20,000 nucleotides of DNA. Origin: Rhizaria sp. SCN 62-66 (Eukaryota). Below are positions 9,431 to 18,064 of the stretch, one piece after another (the stretch's first letter is position 1; every line of letters begins with the position of its first letter). The notes beneath the pieces were generated by a model. That model worked only from the letters and a program-made list of their open reading frames with translations. It was not told the origin of the DNA and made no database searches. The stretch spans positions 115,777 through 135,776 of the forward strand of contig MEDY01000025.1 in NCBI GenBank assembly GCA_001724265.1, read 5' to 3'. A program made the translations under genes and the position numbers.

Positions 9431-12400
9431 TCAGCGGTTGGCCGCTAGCATCGCCGTCGCAGCCCCCACATGCCCCCCTGTCGCCTCGAGGGCCCTGACG
9501 GCGGCGGCCTTATCATAACCCAAAAGCACGAGATTCTCAGCCAAACCAGCGTACCGCGACTGCGACACAGCCGCCCCCGCCCCCGCCCCCACCGCCGCCG
9601 CTACCGCTACCGCTGCACTGCCGCTGCCACCCGCCAGCGACTGTGGCCCCAGAGGCGCCATCAGAGCCGACGGTGTGGCGGCAGCGGCCGCGGCGGCGGC
9701 GGCGGGGTCAGTCCGCCTGGGGTGGGTGGTGAGCCCGGCTACAGAGGCGTAGGGCAGCGGCGGCGCCACAGCGGCACCAGCGCCAGTGGGAATGTTAGTC
9801 GCGTGGACACTCGAAGTATAGCCGCCTCCGGAGAGGGGCGGGCGGGCACTATTGGTGCTGTTTCCGTAATTATTGTTGTTGTTATTGCTACTGCTAGTCC
9901 CCAGAGCCCTCGCAATCGCACTACTCGCATTAGCGTTAGGATTAGCAGTGTTGGAGTTGGTGTTGCTCTGAGATGAGGCGATGGTTGCGACCGAGATGCA
10001 AGGTCCCGTGATGACACTGAGATCCCGACCGAGGCCCATCGCGTTCTGTAGCATCCCTCCAGTGCCAGCGCCAGAGCTGGCGCCAGAGCTGTTGGGGTTA
10101 CGATTACGGCGCTGTCGCTGCTGAGAACGATGCTTCTGCTGCTATTTAGCTCCAGCAGCAGCAGCATCATCAGCAGCAGGACTCGCTCCAGTCGCAACAT
10201 GCTCACGAGCATTAACGTCATTGCTGCTGCTGCTGCTAATGTTGTTGTTGTTGTCGGTAAGAGCTGCGGCCACGGCGGAGATGTCACTGTCGCTTCCACC
10301 GGTCACCGTCCTGGTGAGGCCACCACTTGTTGTCGCGCTCGCACTCGGACTCGCAGTCCCGGACGCAGTCGCATTAGAGGCGGCGGCGGCGGCAGAGGCG
10401 GCGGCAGAGGCGGCGGCGGCAGCAGGGTTGGTATGTGACTGTGGCGTTGGCAAAGGCACACCATCCTTATCAAAGTTAAGCCGCGCGCCACCAGTCTCCT
10501 CGTCATCGTCGTCGTCATCATCATCATCATCATAGTAGTCTCCATTACCATCATCATCGTCAGCGTCGTCGTCATCATTGGTGTCGTTCAAATTGCCGTA
10601 GGTGTTATTGCCCCACGGCGGCTTAACTTCGGAACTGCCCGCAGTTGCGAAGTGAAGCGGCGCAATACACTCGGCAGAGGGCGGCCTAACTTTAAACACG
10701 ACACCACCCTTGTACCCACCAGTACTAGACGTTGTCACAGCAGGAGGAGCATTCGCATCAGCAACAGCTGTGTTGTTGTTGTTGTTGTTATTGTGGTGAT
10801 CACTCTTACTTGTTGCTACACTGCTCGTATTGGCGCTACTTTTACTATTGGTGTTGTTGTTGTTATAGACAGCGTTGGGGGGAGCGACTGTGAGCGCCAC
10901 GAGTCCCAGTCGCGGGTACCACACCGACGCCGGCTGCGAAGTTAAGCCGCCACAAGCGTAAAACATAGTCGCACATCCCCGAGCACAGTCATCCAATAGC
11001 CCGGGACCATCTTCATCGTCGTCGTCATCGTCGTCGTCGTCGTCGCCGCGACCACGATTGTCGTCTTCCGAGCTCAGGTCCGTCAAGCGACCGCCACCAC
11101 CATCGTCATCGTCGTCGTCGTCTTCGGCGGTGCGAGTGCGGGAGTACTTAGAACCGCCGCGGCTTGACTTTGAGACGGCGGTACCCTTACCCGGGGTCAT
11201 GTTTACACCAGAGCCAGAGCCAGTCGCAGTAGAATTCGCATCGGAAGTACCGGCATTCTTGTTGCTCTTGCTCTGACTCGGGTCAGTTTCAGAGTCGATA
11301 CCAAGCGCCAAAGCAACATTGGTGCCAGTACTAGCATCAGTAGTAGAGCTTGAACTGTTCGTCTTCGTTCCCCTCGGCTTGCGACTACTACTGCTCCGCC
11401 TCTGACGCTGTTGCTGCCGCTGCCGCTGCCGCTGCCGCTGCCGAAGCTTCTCAATAGCAGTCAAAGTATCATCATCGTCGTCATCGTCGCCGCCGTCGAC
11501 GGCTGCGGCGCAGCTCAACTGACCGTGAGCGCCGCGGGTACCGACCGTGGTCGTCACGAGTGCCGCCGCGGGCACCACGACGCCCCACAGCACAAGCCTC
11601 ACCAGCGGCGACTTCTCCACGGCGGTCAACGTGCGCAGCGACGGCCGCAAGAACATGGTGTACACTGCGGCAGCGGCGGCGCCGACGAGCGGCTCAAGCC
11701 GGAGCGCAGGGTAAAAGAGGCAGTATCCGAGCGCGGCCGCCGCCGGGAAAGCGACGGTCGCCGAGAGCGGCAGCGGGCAGCCTGGGAGGCGGCGTGACGG
11801 GAGAGCGCGGCCGGCGGCGTCGATGAGCAGGAGCGCAAACAGGGCGGCGTCGGGGCCCGAGAAGCAGAGCGGAGTGGCGAAGCACGTGGCGGCAGCGGGT
11901 AGTGCGGCCGCGGCGGGGAGGGAGCCGTTGGAGGAGAGCGACTGGGCTGCCGACAGCGACTGGTCAGTGGCGATGTAAAGAAAAGCGGCCAGAGATGGGA
12001 ACAAGCGGGTGGTGACTGCGAAGAGGAGGAACGTGAAGAGCGAAATGAGGGCCGTGACGGCGGCAAGGGCGTGGAGCAAGTAGGCTGACCCGCGCCAGAG
12101 CTCTAAGGGTGTCCCGAGGCTAAGGGTCGCCACTGATGCCAAGACGGCGCGCAGTGTCGAGGCCGGGACGAGGGGGAAAAGGGCCAAACGGGCGAAGACG
12201 GTGACTGTCCGCCATAGGGATGGAGCAACTGCAGCAGCAACAGCCCCCGCAGCACTAGCGGCGGTACCAGTGGGTGTACCCGTGCCAGCGTCAGTACTCG
12301 TGCCAGCTCCGGGCGTTGTTGTCGCTGCAGACGCGGAGGCGGAGGCAGAGGAAGGGTCTAGCAGGGCTTGGAGCGTGTGCGCGCAGAAGCTCGTGTGCTG

Positions 12401-12538
12401 GGCGAGGGTGTACACTGTGCTGATGAGAGCGACGAGCAGGAACCAAAGCACAAGCGAGCGCGTGATGGCGGGCACGGAGCGGAGCTGGGAGATAGCGGCG
12501 CCGCGGAGGCGGCGGAGCAGGTCCGCGGGAAGACCCAT
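9431..12538 (-). CDS. Rhomboid-like pseudoprotease with C-terminal UBA domain (RHBDD/UBAC2/Dsc2-like architecture), interrupted by one in-frame TAG at 10142-10144
   Basis: Probable ATG at 12538 (MGLPADLL). Rhomboid-superfamily motifs: VPAITR, LWRTVT, LGTPLELWRGSAYLL, SGPDAALFALL, FPAAAALGYCLFYP. The same frame continues past the TAG to a UBA domain (AENLVLLGYDKAAAVRALEATGGHVGAATAML) and TGA at 9431-9433. The product is 798 aa to the TAG, or 1035 aa if it is read through. Confidence 0.8.
11410..11443. repeat. Coding microsatellite (CTGCCG)n encoding QR dipeptide repeats on the minus strand
   Basis: ctgccgctgccgctgccgctgccgctgccg, one of many GCT/AAC/GAC-type coding repeats in the window. Confidence 0.8.
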
Positions 12539-13534
12539 CTGCGTGCAGAGGGGGAACGGGCGGCCGCTGTTGCTGCTTCTGCGCAAGCGTCGCTGAGGGC
12601 TTTGGTGACGAGCGAGGCTTGGCGCGAGGCGGGTTCGAGTTAGGATCGGGTGTTGGTTTCCAAGATGAGATTCTATAGACGTGAAAAAGATGTGGTGAGT
12701 TTTTACACATATGGTAACAGCGTGATGTGAGTTTTGTTGTGAATAGAGGCGATGGTGGATCGCTGCAGACATAATGGTACGGGAGACAGGGTCGAGGTGG
12801 ACTGTGACCATCGCCATGACTTGAGTTGTGGATTGTGAAACATAGCATGCCATTGTAGAGCTATAATTAGATCAAAGAACATAATATTGCGTATAAATAT
12901 CGCTGTCGTTATTATGTGCGAGATTGACGTTCGTAAGATGCCGATATCGCTATCTGAAAGGTTGCTGCCGTTGCCACCGCTCCCCTTTGCGGTGGTCACA
13001 GATCGATCTGTCTAGTCCATCAGGCATGTCCAATTTTCAAGTCGTCTGTAGGGACTGAACAGTATTCCAGAAGGGCAAACACCTGATATACTGTGTAACA
13101 ATTTGTAAAATATAATATACTTCAAATTTAGTGACAGAGCTTTCTATTTTATTGAGATATCTTTGATATAGTAACCGTAAATTTTCTTTAGAAGCTGATG
13201 AAATTCTAATGATATGATGGTCTTAAAAAACGGCATAACTTGTGAAATTATGATATTATATAGGAAGTGTTTGTTCCAAAAGGAATTTTAATTGGGACTT
13301 TTGTAGCCTTCTGTTACATTGAGATATCGCTAGATATTCTCGCTCACCACAATCACGTTTTCGCTTTTTTCGCGAACCTGACCGAAGCTTCCGACCTTAC
13401 CTCGATTCCAGCCCCAGTCAAGTGGAGTTGGCTTCAAATATCATCTCTGTTTCCTGACTTCCCGACCGTCAACACACACAAGACATCTCGAATCAGTTTT
13501 TTCAATCCGGTAAACGGCATTTTTCTACCCGAAA
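12539..13534. promoter_or_regulatory. Divergent intergenic/promoter region between the rhomboid-like gene (-) and the SET gene (+)
   Basis: Head-to-head gene arrangement with a strongly AT-rich core at about 13090-13300. No specific element identified. Confidence 0.45.
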
Positions 13535-16224
13535 ATGACCCGCCCCACTCTCCTCGCGGCAGCTATCCTCGCCGTTCTGGCGCTGCTCCCGGCTGCTTTG
13601 TCATCAGCCCCCGCCGCCGCCGCCTCCGCCGCCTCCGCCATCCCCGACTTCGCGCACGCCCTGCCCTCGTGGCTGCGCGCGCACGGCGCCTCGGTTGCCC
13701 CCGTCACCGTCGGCTCGGCCTCGGGCGCGGTGTTCGACGCCGCCGACACCACCTTCGCCCGGCCGGGTCTGTGGGCGGAGACTGACCTCTTAGCGGGCGC
13801 TATCGTCGCCGAGCTGCCGTCCTCGCTCTTCCTCTACAGCGACTCATCTTTCGCCCCCGCCAGCTCCTCCTCTGCGGCGGCGGCGGCGGCGGACTGGTCC
13901 CCTGCGGAGGGTTCGTCCGCGGCGCATATGGCAGCGTTACTCGCATCGCTGGGCGGCACCAACGTGACTGACCCTCTGGCTCTGCTGGCCACCCGCGTCC
14001 TCTACGAACACGCCCACTCTGTGAACAACAACAATAAGAAGAAGAAGGGCACGACTGGTGCGACGACGCCGACCGCCGCCTTCTCCCCTTTCATGTCTTC
14101 CCTCGCCCCCGCGCCCGCCGGCCACGTCGCCCTCACTCCCTCCGACCTTGCGGCCCTGCACCTCTCCCCGGCCTCCGCGCGCTCCTCCCCGCTCGCCGCC
14201 GTCTCCGCCGAACACACTGCCCTGTGCGCCCGCATGGCCACGGTGCTGCGTTCGCTGGTCACGCCTGATCTGTCGAACGAGCTGCTGGCCGAGCTCCGTA
14301 ACGACCCAGACACAGCTGCCGCGCTCGCCGCCGCGGGCCTTGCCGGGGACGGGGCCGCGGCCACCCCGGAGGCGGTGGCGGCCGCGCTGGGCGCGGGCCG
14401 GATCGAGGAGACGCCCTACGCCCGCGCGCTGCCGCACGGGCCGGAGGGGCTGGCTCCGGAGGCCTTCACCCGGGCGTATGCGCAGACTCTGGCCAGCGCG
14501 GTCGCCCTACCCCCTCGCCACCGTCGCCGTCGTCACCGTCACTCGAGCTCTCAGTCGAAGACTGATCGCGCTGAGGATCACACTGAGGATGAGTGGGAAT
14601 GGGGCATGGTGCCGTTGCTCACGGTCGTGAACCACGTCGCCAGTCTAAGTACCCCCTTAGAGCCGCGCGCAGTGACCGCCGCCACCGCCACCGCTCTGAA
14701 CGTTGTCATTGACGATGATGTGAACACTGCGGCTAAGGGGTACTTAGCCAAGGGTAAGGGTGCGGCTTCACGTGACGGCCCCAGTGCAGAGATCCGTGTC
14801 ATTCCTGTTCAGACTCGCAAGGCTGCTACTGCTACTGAGACTGAGACTGAGACTGTTGAGTACAAGGTAGTGCTTGTGGCGAAGCGTGACATCCCTGTCG
14901 GCGCTCAAATCACGGTCGACTACGGCCAGTTCATGCGGAGTCCTCTTGAGGACGAGAGCACGTCTAACAATGGCAACAACAGTACGGAGGCGAAAGCTAA
15001 CGCTCTGTTAATCAGTGGTAAGAGCACTCTCCCCTTAGATAGCGACGGTGTGAATGCTTCGAACACCGATGCGGACTATTACTACCCTCTGCCTGCCATT
15101 CCTGTTTCTAACCCGCTGCTGTTGATCCACTTCGGCGCCGCGCTGCCCGCCAACCCCCACGAGGGCGTGCTACTACAAGCCGCCGTCACCGCCGCCGGTG
15201 ACGACGAGGCTACTAACTCAACTCCTACCCCCCCGAATGGTAAGCCGCCAGCGGCGATGAGTGCAGAAGCGAAGCTCGATGAGAAGGAACGGGTCGCCCT
15301 CCTCACCCGCCTCCTTTCAGTCAATGCGTTTCCGTCGGCGGCGTCACTGACTCTGGCGTCACCGCTGCGCTCACGGTCACAAAAGGAGTTTATGCAGGCC
15401 TTGCGGGCGGCGCAGCTGTCCCTGCCTGAGCTCCAGTCGCTCGAGAGTACGTAACGCAACTTAACATTTCTCGATGATATAAAACGTTTGTAGAAAGATA
15501 AGTGTATAGTTAGTGAAATATATCGAATCTACATATGTATGTACCGTTTTGTGTTTATTTCACTCACATCGCCGTCCTCATGTATATCTTCTGTATTTTG
15601 TGTTTAGGCATGCTCGAGCTGCGTTTCGACGCTGACAAGGGTTATTTCTCCCTCCACAACGAGCTTGCCACGGCCCTCGGCGCGTTCGGCTCTATGGAAG
15701 AGGCCCTCGCTGGCTCCACGGCCGCGTTTGAGGACGACGCCTCTGAGTGGGCCCTCGTCGTCAAGAAGTTAGGCCGCACCGCCGCTGAGGCGCACAAGGC
15801 CCGTCTCCTCCTCTCTCACAGTCAGAGCGCCAACGCCAACACTGCCGCGAATGCTGCTGCTGCTGCAAATGCGAATGCGAATGTGGAGGCGTTGTTGGCG
15901 AGCCTTGAGGGCTCTCTGGCGCTGCTGCAGGAGCAGACCTGGGAGGCTCAGCGGGTGGCATCGCGCCTCGCCACCGCCCGCGCCGTCCGCTCCGTCGCTC
16001 TCGACGCGCTGGCCGCCGTGGCCGACGTGTTCGCCGACCTCTCGGGCCGCTGGCGGCGCGACGCGCGCGCGCTGGCGGGCGACGCGGAGGCGCCGCAGGA
16101 TGTGCGGGCCGCAGCGGCACGGTGGGAGGCCGAGGTCGCCGGGTGGGAGGCTGAGGCGGGGGCCTGGGCCCAGGGCCACGCCAAGTGGGGGAAGGAGCTC
16201 GTCGAGGTCATGGTGCCCAAGTGA
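13535..16224 (+). CDS. SET-domain protein (Rubisco LSMT/SETD3/SETD6 class) with N-terminal signal peptide; 2 exons, 842 aa
   Basis: join(13535-15446,15608-16224). SET motifs: GLWAETDLLAGAIVAELPSSLFL, MVPLLTVVNH, LVAKRDIPVGAQITVDYG, SNPLLLIHFGAALPANPHE. LSMT substrate-binding-like segment: SLHNELATA...AFEDDASE. Signal peptide: MTRPTLLAAAILAVLALLPAALS. Confidence 0.85.
15447..15607 (+). other. Spliceosomal intron of SET gene
   Basis: GTACGT...TGTTTAG, AT-rich; phase 1, joins in frame with the 15535 ORF. Confidence 0.85.
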
Positions 16225-18064
16225 GTCAGTGAGTGACTAAGGGGGGTACTTAGACGGGTAAATGCGAGATGGTTAGACGAGGTGTTGTCCCGAGATCGCT
16301 TTTGCTGTCAGAAGGTGGTGTGTACATTTTATGGTAATAATGCACACTACTGAATGATGATAGATGCGCAAGGTGGACGTATACCTCTCTCGTGTTCGCC
16401 GTCGTAAGAATCTCGTTGACTCTAAGTAGAATCAATGGCGGGTCAGACCTACTGTGACATCATATTAGTACATAATACAATAATGTAACTGTTTTTGAAC
16501 GCAGCATGATGTAGTCTCTCGAATTGAAATCTCTTTGTGAGAACGTGTATCATAATCAGGCAAGAGCGATTATATGACTTATCTGGTGCAGAACGTAGAC
16601 GTGTTGATGATGCAGGGATATTATGCACTGATTGTATTAAGCGACGAGTGGTGTACGTGACAGCTCAAGACATTGACTTTAGGACACCCGAAAACACACA
16701 CGGACGCAGCCTCAAACACGACAATCACATAAACACACGCATTGTTAAATGCCCAAGTTTAAATGACTATGCGTGCCAATGAAGCAAACGACGGAAGTTG
16801 TGTGCAAGCGAGTGCAAAAGACAAGCGAGAGTTGGAAACGTGCGATATTAACGATGTTAAGACAAAGCGCGTACGTACTCAGTCAGCGCTGAGAATAACA
16901 CATCATTGGTACGGCTTCCGTGTGTCCAGTGATGCGATACGAGAGCAGCTGACTGAAACTACGCGTAAAAGATAAGAGTTCACTGAAGACACGGCAGATT
17001 AAACACTTACATTCCTTCTTTTGACGGGGAATACTTGCACTGACTGTGACATTATGATGACGAGACAGCAGAGCAAGTGTTGGATAAGGGAGAGATGATA
17101 AGGCGTGAAATGCTATGTGAAGCAGTAGACTGTGAAAAACAATGGAGGGCGAACCTTTCCATATATGCGTTGCGACATGAACAAATAAACCATTGGACAC
17201 ACCACATGGAACCACTCTATACACTGCAAAACTGTGCAAAGCAAGAGAGAACAGGAAATGAAACCCAAACACGTAATGTAAAAGCTTCATTTCTTTCATT
17301 CATGCATCGACATAGCCCTGGAGTGCGCAAGCAATGTTGATCGAGAGTGAGAGATACAAGTGAAAGCGCACTAGCGTGCACAAACACTTGGAGATCCACA
17401 TAAGCAAGCAGAGATCCACACAGACAGTAATTTGTCGCATTTTTAAGGAACCAAATATAAAAAATATAAAAGCTACAATTAAACGTTGATTGCCGACCCA
17501 CAACCTCTCTCAAAGCTAAGCCGCCGACTCACACCCACAACAGACCGACTGACAGTGGTGTGCGTATGCGACGAGCAGAGAGAGTGGGAGATACACTGGG
17601 TAAAACGGGAATCATGAGTGAAAACGATGAGGTAACCGACGCCGCCGCCTCCCTCACGTGTTGTACTGTTCTGTGGGGCGGGGTGTCAGTGAAAGTCGCG
17701 TCCAGTCAAGAGCTGCAGAGAGTATCATCCAAAGTGGTTGCATGTCGCGTCGCTAAAGCTATCATTGAATGCCGCTGTGTGTGCGCGTGTGTGTAGACGG
17801 GGTGTGTTTGCTTAACGGGTGATGCAAAGTACGCTGTCGCGTACTTAGTTCAGACCGCAGAGATAACCACAACCACAAAACAACCACCAAACAACAACAA
17901 CAACGTCAACACAAAGACAGAAACCAGTAGTGACCCAAGAGCATTGACTGGGAGTAGACGATGGATGACATAGCTAAACTACAGCAAAACACAGTACGAA
18001 AAAGAGAGACCGCGAACTAGCTCTCATCGCTTTCGCTGTACAGTCACACGCGCACTGCGTGTGC

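Noticed and set aside
9431-10054. Stand-alone 207-aa UBA gene starting at ATG 10054
   Set aside because: There is no intergenic or promoter-like DNA upstream. It is in frame with the rhomboid-like ORF, 29 codons past its TAG, so it is better read as the same gene.
10142-10206. Short intron (GTGAGC...AAATAG) that would remove the in-frame TAG
   Set aside because: The donor is phase 1 while nearby AG acceptors are phase 0. It has no pyrimidine tract and is much shorter and more GC-rich than the other introns. It is not fully excluded without RNA data.
12539-12853. N-terminal 105 codons of the 903-aa ORF (MACYVSQ...)
   Set aside because: Composition is UTR/intergenic-like, and rhomboid-like similarity begins only after Met at 12538.
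17622-17700. Hammerhead-like GATGA...stem...GAAA arrangement
   Set aside because: The core reads ACGATGA rather than CTGANGA, and no convincing stems I/III or cleavage triplet are present.
16250-17796. Short ORFs in AT-rich intergenic DNA (also 7355-7808, 8952-9518, 13267-13785)
   Set aside because: They lack the codon bias of the real genes and show no recognisable domains.
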